NCBI GenBank assembly: GCA_002500485.1
Contig: DLRJ01000062.1
Coordinates: 577-64,576, forward strand
Length of the DNA stretch: 64,000 nucleotides
Source: Dehalococcoidia bacterium UBA7891
Lineage (GTDB): Bacteria; Chloroflexota; Dehalococcoidia; Lucifugimonadales; UBA826
Direction: 5' to 3'
Positions 47,835 through 57,558 of the stretch are shown one piece after another (the stretch's first letter is position 1; the number at the start of each line of letters is the position of its first letter). The notes beneath the pieces were generated by a model. It had not been told where the DNA came from. It worked only from the letters and a program-made list of their open reading frames with translations, and did not search any database. The position numbers and the translations under genes were made by a program.

Positions 47835-48204
47835 ATAGCTCTCCTTAGTTTTGTGGAAAATCGCGAATTCTTAAGTTTATAAATATTTCTACACCCTGTC
47901 TCAAGACCCAATTAGGTAAAGTTTTATACCACGACATAGAAGGTTGAAGCACCGGGTTGTTGATTGTTCAGCTCATGATCGATGAACTTGGTGCTACACC
48001 ATTGCGGTGTTAAGAATTAATGCCATTCAAGGTCCGCCTTGAATGCTTAGCAGTAAGGTATAAACCTCACGAATATGCGGTTGTTTGAAGTTATCTCCCT
48101 ACTCCGGGTTTGTGGATGATCCTTCCGAAGAGGTATCAAATATATCCAAATACTCGGCAATGGTCAAGTTATTGAAGCCAAATTTAAGGTAAATCGCAAA
48201 GCAA

Positions 48205-49869
48205 TTAGACTCTAAACATTGGGTTGCTTCCCTTTATAGTTGCTGGACCTCCTCCAACTGCTATCGGTGACCCATCAGCCCTCCAGCAAGCAGCACCGTG
48301 GATAGTTCCGGTGTCGTCGAATAAAACCCCATTCATCCCACCTGCAACTCTTTCCACCCCTTCAATAACATGCCCTTTTTGGGTTAATGGCTCTATCACA
48401 TCAGGGGAAATGTCTGGTTCCAGTTCAAGATTTTGACCCTGTGTCCAAACTCTGGGGGCTTCTACGGCTTCTTGTAGCGACATACCATGATCAATAACGT
48501 TTATTATCCCTTGTAGTACCGATGGGAATATGCGTCTTGCCCCCGGTGTTCCTAAGGACATGAAAGGTTTACCTGACTTAAATACAGTGATTGGTGCCAT
48601 GCTGCTCAAGACACGTTTCCCAGGTGCTATTGAATTGGCCGTTCCGGGGTGAGGATCGAAGTTATACATAGTATTGTTTAACAAAACCCCTGTCCCCGGC
48701 ACCGTAACACGTGAACCGAAGGCGTCATTAAGGGTTTGGGTCATGGACACCACACTGCCGGTTTCATCTGCCACCGTAATGTGGGTGGTGTTTTTTGATT
48801 CAGTGGCGAAAGCCGCTGGGTTATCGTGTTCAAAACTAGATGATTTAGACAAATCTATTTTTTGCCTACAGTGTTGCCCATATTCTTTTGAGATAAGACC
48901 TTCTACAGGCACTTTGACAAAATCAGGGTCTCCCATGTATTTAAACCTATCAGCGAAAACCAATTTGAGGGTTTCCGCGATTAGGTGTATGTATTCCACA
49001 CTACCGAATTGCATCTCCTTTACATCGAAACCCTCTATTATATTTAGAGCTTGAATTATATGGGTAGCACCAGAACTTACCGGGCCCACCCCGACAATTT
49101 CATATCCTCGGTAAGTACCTCGCACGGGTTCTCTGTATTTGATTTTGTATTGATCTAGGTCATCCAGTGATACGATTCCTTTGTTGGACTTCATGTCTCG
49201 TTCAATTGAATTACCTAATTTGCCTTCTGTCAGAGTGGAAACGCCATTTTTGGCAATCTCTTCCAGTGTCTTAGCATAGTCAGGATTAGCAAGAGTGTCT
49301 CCTGTTTTAAGAGCAACGCCATTTCCTAAGAAAATTGATTTGCTGCTAGGATATGAAGACAATATGTCCTTGTTGTTTTCTACTATCCCAGAAAGATAAT
49401 CACTTACCCTAAATCCTTCCTTTGAGAATCTAATTGCTGGGCTTATAACTTTTTCAATACCCAGGAGTCCATATTTCTCTTCTATATGAGCCCAAGCTTG
49501 AAGGGCCGCAGGAACTCCCACTGATAGATATCCATACCTGTTTTGATGGTTTTTGGTTTCCATATAATCAGGCCACTTATCAGAAATTGGTGTGAACATA
49601 TCTTCAGTAGCTTTTATAGGGGCAGTGCAGTAATTGTCGATAGTAATGGAAGATTTATCTCTTGAGTTGTAGTAATTGATAAATCCTGCTCCAGTTATAC
49701 CGACCATCATAGGCTCGACGACAGAAAGTGCGAAAATGGTGGCTATTGCTGCGTCCACTGCATTTCCACCTGAGGTGAGCATTTCAACCCCGGCAAGGGA
49801 TGCTAAAGGGTGGTTAGACGCAACAACTCCCTTTGAACCGACTACTTCTTGCTTATATGTAGAAAACAT
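48205..49869 (-). CDS. Gamma-glutamyltransferase family protein (no signal peptide)
   Basis: Ntn-hydrolase nucleophile context KNTTHITVADETGSVVSMTQTLN, and GGGP near the C-terminus. The N-terminus MFSTYKQEVVGSKGVVASNHPLAS lacks a signal sequence. Confidence 0.85.
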   Translation of the reverse strand: MFSTYKQEVVGSKGVVASNHPLASLAGVEMLTSGGNAVDAAIATIFALSVVEPMMVGITGAGFINYYNSRDKSSITIDNYCTAPIKATEDMFTPISDKWPDYMETKNHQNRYGYLSVGVPAALQAWAHIEEKYGLLGIEKVISPAIRFSKEGFRVSDYLSGIVENNKDILSSYPSSKSIFLGNGVALKTGDTLANPDYAKTLEEIAKNGVSTLTEGKLGNSIERDMKSNKGIVSLDDLDQYKIKYREPVRGTYRGYEIVGVGPVSSGATHIIQALNIIEGFDVKEMQFGSVEYIHLIAETLKLVFADRFKYMGDPDFVKVPVEGLISKEYGQHCRQKIDLSKSSSFEHDNPAAFATESKNTTHITVADETGSVVSMTQTLNDAFGSRVTVPGTGVLLNNTMYNFDPHPGTANSIAPGKRVLSSMAPITVFKSGKPFMSLGTPGARRIFPSVLQGIINVIDHGMSLQEAVEAPRVWTQGQNLELEPDISPDVIEPLTQKGHVIEGVERVAGGMNGVLFDDTGTIHGAACWRADGSPIAVGGGPATIKGSNPMFRV

Positions 49870-49875
49870 CTGTGA

Positions 49876-51537
49876 CTAAATTTTCCCATCTATGACAATA
49901 TCTAGTAATGCGGGAGCTCCTGAGGCTAAGGCTCTGTCAACAGCGCCGGCGATCTCGTTCGGATCGGTGACACGCTCACTGTGTAGGCCCATTCCTTCAG
50001 CAATAGTACAAATATTGAATGGAGTGATGAAATCAGAATAAAGGAGATTGTCTCCGGCTGGTTCAGGCTCGTTAAGAATTTCCTTTTGGTAAACATTAAA
50101 GTTCGTCTTGAGGACCCTGTACATTCCGTTATTGCAGATTACAAATATGCAAGGAATTTTGTCGTTCGCAGCCGTCCATAGGCCCTGTACAGTCATCATC
50201 GCGCTGCCATCACCAATAATTCCGAACACAGGCCTGTCAGGGAAAGCACACTTTGTCCCCATAGTGGCTCCAATGCCGCCACCAATCGACTGACCACGGA
50301 CCCCTCTAATATCATTTCTTTCGACGGCTGGAAAATAATGTCTCATAGCGGGTCTGTTACTTATTGAATCGTCTACTATTATCGAATTCTTGGGGACAGC
50401 ATTTGATAGTTCATACATCATTCTTGCAGGGGACATTGGAGTGCTGTTCCATTTTTCCTTGACTGATTCTTCGTAGTCACCCTTTTGAGATGAAGCGTCT
50501 GATATTACCTGAGATTTTCGAGTCGAAACTATATTTTGGTCTACTGTCTTGGAAACTTCGGCTATTAGATTGGTAAGACCAGTTTTACAGTTTGAAATTA
50601 TTCCTACATCTGTCGGTTCAGATCTACCCACCCGACCAGGAATCGGATCAATGTGAATTAGTTTCTGGGATTCATCCAAGATGACATCACCCCAGTAAAA
50701 TAATTCATCTAATGTGTCCATTCCTACGGTGAGGATTACGTCGAATTCCTTTAAAGATTCTCTTGATGCTTGTGATCTTAGAGAGTGCATTCCTTGGTAT
50801 TGCGGGTGTGTGGTAGGAAAAGATACTTCTGCCCCTCGTGACTGAAACACCGCCATTCCTAGGAGTTCCGCAATGCTTATTGATTCATTTATGGCATCAT
50901 CGTCTGAGACCCTGTCACCCACGATAAGTGCGGGATTTTTTGCATGAGTTAGTAATTTTGCGGCTTCCAAAATGCCTGAGGGGCTTGGAATTACATCGTC
51001 ATGAACTTTGCCTGAAGGGACAATGTTCATATCTGCTATGCCTTCCAAAGCGTTCGCTGTGAAACCAACATAAACTGGCCCTTTTGGATGGCTGTTTGCT
51101 TCGTTGAACGCTCGTCTTAAAACGCTTGGTATTTGATCAGGTAAGTCTAATTCCACTGCCCATTTAGTGACAGGTCGAACAAGTTCAGCGAGATCAGTCT
51201 TGGTCTCATTTATCTTTCTCGAGTCATAGTTAGCTGAAGTCACAACCATTGGAGTGCCAGTGTTGAGGGCATCAAGCATCAGAGCGATTCCGTTAGCAAG
51301 CCCGCTGTCCACATGGAGGCTGACGAATGAGGTCTTTTCTGTCGAACGAGCGAATGATTCTCCCATACCCATGGCTACACTTTCCTGTAATGCCATGATG
51401 TATTTGAATTCTGGGTAGTCTCCCAGCATATCGATCAGCGGACCTTCACTAGTTCCTGGATTACCAAAAATATACTCAATGCCTTCAGCTTTGAGCATTT
51501 CAAGTACAGCTTGTTTTCCAGACATGGTTTGCGACAT
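49876..51537 (-). CDS. ThDP-dependent enzyme, benzoylformate-decarboxylase-like
   Basis: N-terminal GIEYIFGNPGTSEGPL. ThDP motif IIGDGSAMMT...VICNNGMY. A 6-nt gap to the downstream GGT gene. Confidence 0.8.
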   Translation of the reverse strand: MSQTMSGKQAVLEMLKAEGIEYIFGNPGTSEGPLIDMLGDYPEFKYIMALQESVAMGMGESFARSTEKTSFVSLHVDSGLANGIALMLDALNTGTPMVVTSANYDSRKINETKTDLAELVRPVTKWAVELDLPDQIPSVLRRAFNEANSHPKGPVYVGFTANALEGIADMNIVPSGKVHDDVIPSPSGILEAAKLLTHAKNPALIVGDRVSDDDAINESISIAELLGMAVFQSRGAEVSFPTTHPQYQGMHSLRSQASRESLKEFDVILTVGMDTLDELFYWGDVILDESQKLIHIDPIPGRVGRSEPTDVGIISNCKTGLTNLIAEVSKTVDQNIVSTRKSQVISDASSQKGDYEESVKEKWNSTPMSPARMMYELSNAVPKNSIIVDDSISNRPAMRHYFPAVERNDIRGVRGQSIGGGIGATMGTKCAFPDRPVFGIIGDGSAMMTVQGLWTAANDKIPCIFVICNNGMYRVLKTNFNVYQKEILNEPEPAGDNLLYSDFITPFNICTIAEGMGLHSERVTDPNEIAGAVDRALASGAPALLDIVIDGKI

Positions 51538-51670
51538 CTTTGCCCCCTAGAATTTCTTTTTCTTGAGGGAAATATGGTACAGATTGACGCCGATAACGGC
51601 AATTGCTCTAACTCATGCTAATATGCCGGTGTTGATGTTTATCAAGGAAAAATTTACAGGATTGAGAAAA

Positions 51671-53344
51671 ATGGCAGAAATCGCAGCAGGCCAGGCAGTC
51701 ATAGAATTACTTAGAGCTGAAGGGGTCGAGTATGTATTTGGAGTTACCGGTTTAACCACTAATAGTATGGTCACCCAAATGTATGGTCGTGAGGATATTA
51801 AATTTATAGATACCAGACATGAGGAAGGTGCCATATTGATGGCATATGGATATTCCAAATCCACCGGAAAACCATCGGTGTGTATGACTACTTCTGGCCC
51901 CGGGACTATAAATCTGGCTGGTGGGATGTCTCTTGCATTGAAGGGGAGGGCACCTGTTATTGCAATCGCTGGTGACACAGCGATGGAATACATTGGCAGA
52001 GACGGTGCTCAAGCATTCGATTTAGTAAACGTTTTTAAGCCGTTGACCAAAATGGCTGTTCAGGCAAATAAAACAGAAAGAGTTCCAGGTTTGCTTCGAG
52101 AAGCGTTTAGATCAGCTATGTGGGGTAAACAAGGACCGGTGCTACTAGATATTCCAAGAGATTTGCTAGATAAAGAGACGTTATCTGATGAAATGTTGAA
52201 TCCTGATCAATACAGAACAGTTAACCCACGGGTGTCCGGTGATTTAGATGCTGTGCAACAGGCCGTCGGGCTACTGCTCTCAGCAAAAAGACCGTTATTA
52301 CTTGCTGGTGGAGGTGTAGTAGATTCTGAAGCCTCTAACCAAGCGGTACAGTTGGCTGATTTACTAGACATGGCGATGGTTCCATCTTACGGTCATCATG
52401 ATGCAATACCAAACAGCCATCCCAATTATATTGGCCCACCCGGTGGCAGAGGGTCCGGAGAAGCTCATGAGGCGATGGATAGGGCCGATGTGATATTGGC
52501 TTTAGGAACCAAAATTAATCAGGCGTCTAGTTCATGGGACTACAGTGTTATAAATCAAGAGACAAAAATCATTCAGGTAGATATTGACCCCTTAGAAATC
52601 GGAAGAAATTATCCGGTCTCAGTGGGGATTGTAGGTGATGCACAGAGGGTGGCCCAACAGCTAATCGCATCTATATCTGTAATAGCTGCGGATGGTAAAA
52701 CTAATGATAGTTGGAAGTCGGAATTTCAAAGTATTGCTAATAAAAGACTTCAGAGATTGGAATCAGAAAAATCGTTGAATGCAAATCCAATGATGCCTCA
52801 ACAGGTATACCCGGAATTAGCGAAAGCATTACCAAAGGGTGCGATGGTTACAATCGACGCCGGTGTTGCTCCCGGACTTGCATATGACAGAGTTTTTTTT
52901 GAGGAGCCTAGAACAATGTTCAATTACGCCGGCCAGGGTGCGTTGGGTATGGGATTCAGTGTGGGCTTAGGGACAAAACTGGGAAGACCAGATAGGACGG
53001 CAGTAAGTCTTCATGGTGATGGAGGTTTTCTTTATACCTGTGGGGAGTTAAACACAGCTGTTAGACACAATATTCCTTCCGTCAGTATTGTTTTGAACAA
53101 CAGTTGCATGGGTGCTGAGAAATCTCAACAAAAGGCCTTGCATAACGAGAAATATGTGGGGGTTGATTTGGAAAATCCAAGATTCGACAAATTAGCTGAA
53201 GTGTTTGGGGCAAAGGGTTACTATGCTGAACATCCATCAGAGATAGCGGATACAGTTGCTGAAGCCGTGAAAAGTAACGCTCCTGCAGTAATTGAAATTC
53301 CAGTTCAGGAATATTTTCCTCCTTCCGCACCTACCCCCCGCTAG
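51671..53344 (+). CDS. ThDP-dependent enzyme, acetolactate-synthase-large-subunit-like (Xsc-like not excluded)
   Basis: GVEYVFGVTG. ThDP motif LHGDGGFLYT...IVLNNSCMG. ATG 51671 (MAEIAAGQAVIELL) is preferred; the tracked 36-aa extension is not protein-like. Confidence 0.8.
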   Translation: MAEIAAGQAVIELLRAEGVEYVFGVTGLTTNSMVTQMYGREDIKFIDTRHEEGAILMAYGYSKSTGKPSVCMTTSGPGTINLAGGMSLALKGRAPVIAIAGDTAMEYIGRDGAQAFDLVNVFKPLTKMAVQANKTERVPGLLREAFRSAMWGKQGPVLLDIPRDLLDKETLSDEMLNPDQYRTVNPRVSGDLDAVQQAVGLLLSAKRPLLLAGGGVVDSEASNQAVQLADLLDMAMVPSYGHHDAIPNSHPNYIGPPGGRGSGEAHEAMDRADVILALGTKINQASSSWDYSVINQETKIIQVDIDPLEIGRNYPVSVGIVGDAQRVAQQLIASISVIAADGKTNDSWKSEFQSIANKRLQRLESEKSLNANPMMPQQVYPELAKALPKGAMVTIDAGVAPGLAYDRVFFEEPRTMFNYAGQGALGMGFSVGLGTKLGRPDRTAVSLHGDGGFLYTCGELNTAVRHNIPSVSIVLNNSCMGAEKSQQKALHNEKYVGVDLENPRFDKLAEVFGAKGYYAEHPSEIADTVAEAVKSNAPAVIEIPVQEYFPPSAPTPR

Positions 53345-53376
53345 AAATCGTCGTTGATTGTAAAAAGGAGAGAAGC

Positions 53377-54519
53377 GTGCCAAAACCTACAAAAATCGAA
53401 AAACTGGAAACATTTCTTTGGGATAGATGGTTGTTGTTGAAGATACATTGTGAGGACGGTACTGTTGGCATCGGCGAGGGAGGAGTGCATGGGTGGCAGC
53501 GACCCACGAAAACAATGATAGAAACTATGGAACCCTATCTGCTAGGCCAGGACCCACACAAAATTGAACATCATTATCAGTGGCTATATCGATCTTCCCA
53601 TTTCATGGGGTCGGTGGTTCAAGGAGCCTTGTCAGCCATAGACATAGCGCTATGGGACATAAAAGGAAAGAGATTAGGCGTGCCAATTTATGATCTTATG
53701 GGGGGTAAAACGAGGGATAGTGTTCGTTGCTATATGCATGTTGGATCAGGAGAGGGTGGTAGTGCGGAAGATTTGGCAAATGATGCTTTAAGTGCCGTTA
53801 AGAAAGGATATACAGCTGTAAGATTTTCGCCTTTCTCAACTGATTATTATCTACACAAATCATATAGTGAATGGGCAGATGAAGCAGTTAATAGGGTAGG
53901 GGCGGTGCGTGAAATGGTCGGACCTGATGTTGACGTATGTGTTGAAATACATCGCCAAATGAATCCTGCGGAAAGCATTTCCTTAGGTAGGAGATTGGAG
54001 CAATTCAACCCATTTTTTTATGAAGATCCGATGCTTCCTGATAGCCCAAAGATAATGGGTGAAATAGCTGCCAAATGTAATATTCCTATTGCAACTGGAG
54101 AAAGATTCACAACAATTTTTGAGTATCAGCAGCTTTTGGAATCCAACGCTGTTTCGTACGTTCGCCCAGATCTGTGCCTGTGTGGCGGACTCAGCGGATC
54201 GAAAAAAGTCGCTGCCATGGCCGAAGCTAACCACGTAAAAGTTATTCCCCACAATCCATTGTCTCCAGTAAGTACTGCGGCCTGTGTTCAGTTGGATGCC
54301 TGCATTCCAAATTTCGCCCTGCAAGAATACACAGGTGAAGATCAGCCGCCCAAGAGCGAACTTTTTGTGGAATCACTGGAGATGATAGACGGGTACCTGA
54401 AAGTACCTGAAGGTCCAGGTCTAGGAATTGAAATAAATGAAGAAGCCTTGTCGATGCCTGAAAATCCCAAGGTGCTGGACACTCCTATTGGCTTTGATGG
54501 TTCGGTACAAGATAGATAG
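53377..54519 (+). CDS. Enolase-superfamily dehydratase (D-galactonate/D-mannonate dehydratase-like)
   Basis: DGTVGIGEGG, GALSAIDIALWDIKGKRLGVPIYDLMGG, FFYEDP and ATGERF. GTG start after AAAGGAGAGAA. Confidence 0.8.
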   Translation: MPKPTKIEKLETFLWDRWLLLKIHCEDGTVGIGEGGVHGWQRPTKTMIETMEPYLLGQDPHKIEHHYQWLYRSSHFMGSVVQGALSAIDIALWDIKGKRLGVPIYDLMGGKTRDSVRCYMHVGSGEGGSAEDLANDALSAVKKGYTAVRFSPFSTDYYLHKSYSEWADEAVNRVGAVREMVGPDVDVCVEIHRQMNPAESISLGRRLEQFNPFFYEDPMLPDSPKIMGEIAAKCNIPIATGERFTTIFEYQQLLESNAVSYVRPDLCLCGGLSGSKKVAAMAEANHVKVIPHNPLSPVSTAACVQLDACIPNFALQEYTGEDQPPKSELFVESLEMIDGYLKVPEGPGLGIEINEEALSMPENPKVLDTPIGFDGSVQDR

Positions 54520-54537
54520 GGTTATTGGTACGTTATA

Positions 54538-55992
54538 TTAACTTTGATTGAAATAAACGACGTCATCAGCGAAAGGTTTGTCGCTGTCTTTTATCATGCC
54601 AATTTGACCTCTACCCATAATTGAGTTTTTCCTACCGTCTACACTAGGATCAGTATATTTGTCATACCAACTCTCGAGTTGTTCTAATAATTTTTCCTTA
54701 ATCTCTTGATGAGCGTCTGATCCAAATAAATTGATTTCTTCATCGGGATCATTCTCTAAATCATATAACTCATTGTCCCCAAATTGGTACCTGTGAACGT
54801 ATTTCCATTTATGTGTACGAATCATTCTAGTTGGTCCGTATTCGTCAAGAACATAGACGGGTTTATCTGACCCGAAATCTCTTCCTTCCAGCAGATTAAC
54901 AAAACTTCTCCCTGGAAGATTATGGGTATTTTTTTGCTCTAGGCCTACATAGTCCAATAGGGTAGGACTGAAATCGTATTGGCTTAATAGTTCGGTGCAG
55001 TCTACATTTTGGGGAACATGACCAGGTCTTGAAACAAGGGTCGGAATTTTAACAGCGGTATCATACATATTAGGTGGATATGTTCCGTTACCTTTTCCCC
55101 AAATGCCGTGATGTCCCATATTCATTCCGTTATCAGCAGTGAATATGACAAGAGTGTTGTCTCTGAGATCGTTTTCTTCAAGCCAGTCTATTATTCGCCC
55201 TATATTTCTATCCATTTCTTCTATGGCAGTGAAATATCCGCTTAAGGCAGTCTTCCTACCTTCCTGGTCGCTTCCAATAGTGGCAGCTCCCGCCTCTTTG
55301 TCTAGTTGGTGCGGGTGTATTGGAAGATCAGGTGTAGATTCCAATCGGCTTTCGTTGTAAAAGGCGTCAAATTTTTCTTGTGGATGGTTTTCACGAGTCC
55401 AAGGTGCGTGAGGGGCCGTGTAATGTACGTTAAGAGAGAAAGGAGAATCAGAATCTATTTGTTTTTCAAGAAACGAAAGGGCATTATCAGTAATTATGTC
55501 TGTTACATATTCGGCTGGTCGATAAAGTTCGCCGTTTTCAATCATAGGTGGCTTGTAATAAGGGCCTCCACCAGAAGCATGAACGTTCCAGTACTCAAAA
55601 CCAAACTGCGGTAATCGAGCGTTTCCGAGGTGCCATTTCCCGCTTAACCCGCAGTTGTAACCGTTTTCTGACAATTGTTCTATATATGAGGTTCGACCTT
55701 CCATATACGTTATTTCGGTTCCGTCTGTGTTAATAAATTTGGAGTTTCCTTTTCTTAAAAAGTCTTGAACTCCATGTTGGGAAGGAATCTCACCCGTTAA
55801 TATTGAAGCGCGCGCTGGGGAACAGACAGGAGAAGCGCAGAAAAAATTTTGAAAATTTATTCCCGTCTCAGCTAGGCGATCCAGATTTGGTGTGGACAGT
55901 TCACCGTTACCTGCACACCCCATCGCCCAGGCCCCCTGGTCGTCGCTCAATATGAATAATATGTTTGGCTTATCAGTGTTCTGGCTTGCCAT
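54538..55992 (-). CDS. Cys-type sulfatase (arylsulfatase family), no signal peptide
   Basis: ILFILSDDQG and the formylglycine signature CSPARASILTG. The start ATG directly abuts the stop of the upstream gene (TAAATG). Confidence 0.85.
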   Translation of the reverse strand: MASQNTDKPNILFILSDDQGAWAMGCAGNGELSTPNLDRLAETGINFQNFFCASPVCSPARASILTGEIPSQHGVQDFLRKGNSKFINTDGTEITYMEGRTSYIEQLSENGYNCGLSGKWHLGNARLPQFGFEYWNVHASGGGPYYKPPMIENGELYRPAEYVTDIITDNALSFLEKQIDSDSPFSLNVHYTAPHAPWTRENHPQEKFDAFYNESRLESTPDLPIHPHQLDKEAGAATIGSDQEGRKTALSGYFTAIEEMDRNIGRIIDWLEENDLRDNTLVIFTADNGMNMGHHGIWGKGNGTYPPNMYDTAVKIPTLVSRPGHVPQNVDCTELLSQYDFSPTLLDYVGLEQKNTHNLPGRSFVNLLEGRDFGSDKPVYVLDEYGPTRMIRTHKWKYVHRYQFGDNELYDLENDPDEEINLFGSDAHQEIKEKLLEQLESWYDKYTDPSVDGRKNSIMGRGQIGMIKDSDKPFADDVVYFNQS

Positions 55993-57063
55993 TTAATAAC
56001 TCTCTTTTATGTATACAGTGGCTTCCTTGTCAGATGACTCATACATTGCCAGGGCGACCTCCAACACTTGAGATGAAAAATCTATATCCATGTCTAATGA
56101 TTCGTTTTCTGTGATCGCATCTATGAATGCCTTTGCCGCTCCCTTAAATCCCTCAATCCAATCAGCAGGGACGCTGTATGAGATGGTCTCGTTACCTTTA
56201 ACCAATATAACCGGAGGCATGTCTAGTAGTTCGCCCGTACATCTCGTGACCCAGATTGTGCCTTTCGGACCTATAATCTCGAAAAATTCGTCAGCACTGT
56301 AATATTTCCCCTTAATGGGCATTTCATTTGCAGAAGAATAATCAATGGTTATTAAACAATCTTTGTCTTTTACTTTCATAACAGCGGCACTTGGAGTATC
56401 AGCAAGAAAATCATCGGTTCTTGTTACCATGCTTGTTACTTTTTCAACGCCTCCAACCCAAGATATAGCCGTAGCATATTTGTGCCAACCATCGTCATAG
56501 AGCATTCCGCCTGGATTTTTTGAAGGATCCCTTCTCCATACGTACGCATCTTTTTCAGGCCTAATCATGGTTTCCATACCCAGTCCCCTGATAGTTCTGA
56601 TTCTAACCAGAGAAGGAGTTCCAATGGCACCATTCTCTATAAGTTCCTTCGCCTTTGTTATAGGAGGATAATAAAGAAAGTTTTCAGTCACTCTAAAGAT
56701 TTTTTCATTATTTTCAACAGCTTTGCGAATCTGTTTTGCCTCATCCATAGAGGTTGCTATAGGCTTTTGACATGACACATGTTTTCCTGCATTGAGACCA
56801 GAAATAATCTGCGATGCATGAAGATGGGTTGGCGATAAAAGTTCAACAGCATCTACGGCCTCATCGGCCAAAACACTGTCGTAGTCAGTATAAATACGAG
56901 GGTTTATTTTCCACTCTTTTGCCTTTGCAATTGCTCTATCTTCATTAACGTCACATAAGGCGACTATCTCGCAATTTGGATGTTCCAAATACCCGGGCAC
57001 ATTGAGTTGAGAAATTGTTCCGCAACCGACTATAGCTAATCCGACTTTAGACATAACACCCAC
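55993..57063 (-). CDS. Gfo/Idh/MocA-family NAD(P)-dependent oxidoreductase
   Basis: Rossmann N-terminus VGLAIVGCGTISQ, the EKP-like segment CQKPIA, and a typical C-terminal alpha/beta domain. Confidence 0.8.
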   Translation of the reverse strand: MGVMSKVGLAIVGCGTISQLNVPGYLEHPNCEIVALCDVNEDRAIAKAKEWKINPRIYTDYDSVLADEAVDAVELLSPTHLHASQIISGLNAGKHVSCQKPIATSMDEAKQIRKAVENNEKIFRVTENFLYYPPITKAKELIENGAIGTPSLVRIRTIRGLGMETMIRPEKDAYVWRRDPSKNPGGMLYDDGWHKYATAISWVGGVEKVTSMVTRTDDFLADTPSAAVMKVKDKDCLITIDYSSANEMPIKGKYYSADEFFEIIGPKGTIWVTRCTGELLDMPPVILVKGNETISYSVPADWIEGFKGAAKAFIDAITENESLDMDIDFSSQVLEVALAMYESSDKEATVYIKESY

Positions 57064-57150
57064 CTTTCATTTAGTTGGATTATTTTTTACTCTTTGTGTC
57101 ATATTACTATTTATGGCAACAGCATTTAAATTTAACTAAGGTGGCGAATT

Positions 57151-57558
57151 ATGGTTTTCATAAGCGAAGAGGCTGACGTATTTCTAAATCAAACCCAAAT
57201 AGCCGTTATTAGTACCGTAGGGGCCGATTATCGTCCGCATTCGGTTCCGATATGGTATGGATGGGATGGTCATTGTGCCTCTATGTTTACGGGCACTAAT
57301 ACATTGAAATGGAAAAATTTATCTCATAATCCATACGCTACTTTATGTGTAGATTTCAGGGAACCTCCATACAAATCGGTGGTTATACATGGAAAAGTTG
57401 AAGAAATAAAAATACCGCTTCAGGATTTTGTAAAAAAATTGGCTATACGATATTACGGAGAAGAGGAGGGTAGGGAATTTGCTGATCTATACCCTGATGA
57501 TAAAAAAGACGTCGTGATATTTAAACTAATACCAGACAAAATTGTTGAGGAGTTATAA
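57151..57558 (+). CDS. Pyridoxamine 5'-phosphate oxidase-fold protein (PPOX class, possibly F420-dependent)
   Basis: A 135-aa protein. AVISTVGADYRPHSVPIWYGWDG is typical of the split-barrel FMN/F420-binding family. Confidence 0.65.
   Translation: MVFISEEADVFLNQTQIAVISTVGADYRPHSVPIWYGWDGHCASMFTGTNTLKWKNLSHNPYATLCVDFREPPYKSVVIHGKVEEIKIPLQDFVKKLAIRYYGEEEGREFADLYPDDKKDVVIFKLIPDKIVEEL

Noticed and set aside
47461-47838. Plus-strand ORFs and the repetitive DNA at 47.6-47.75 kb as a possible CRISPR or tandem non-coding repeat
   Set aside because: The units are short, imperfect and in frame with the SBP gene (E/K/V/I linker). There is no repeat-spacer architecture and there are no cas genes. It is a coding low-complexity repeat.
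51563-51670. 36-codon N-terminal extension of the ALS-like ThDP enzyme
   Set aside because: The canonical ThDP-enzyme N-terminus begins at ATG 51671 (MAEIAAGQAVIELLRAEGVEYVFG). The extension lies in the divergent promoter region.
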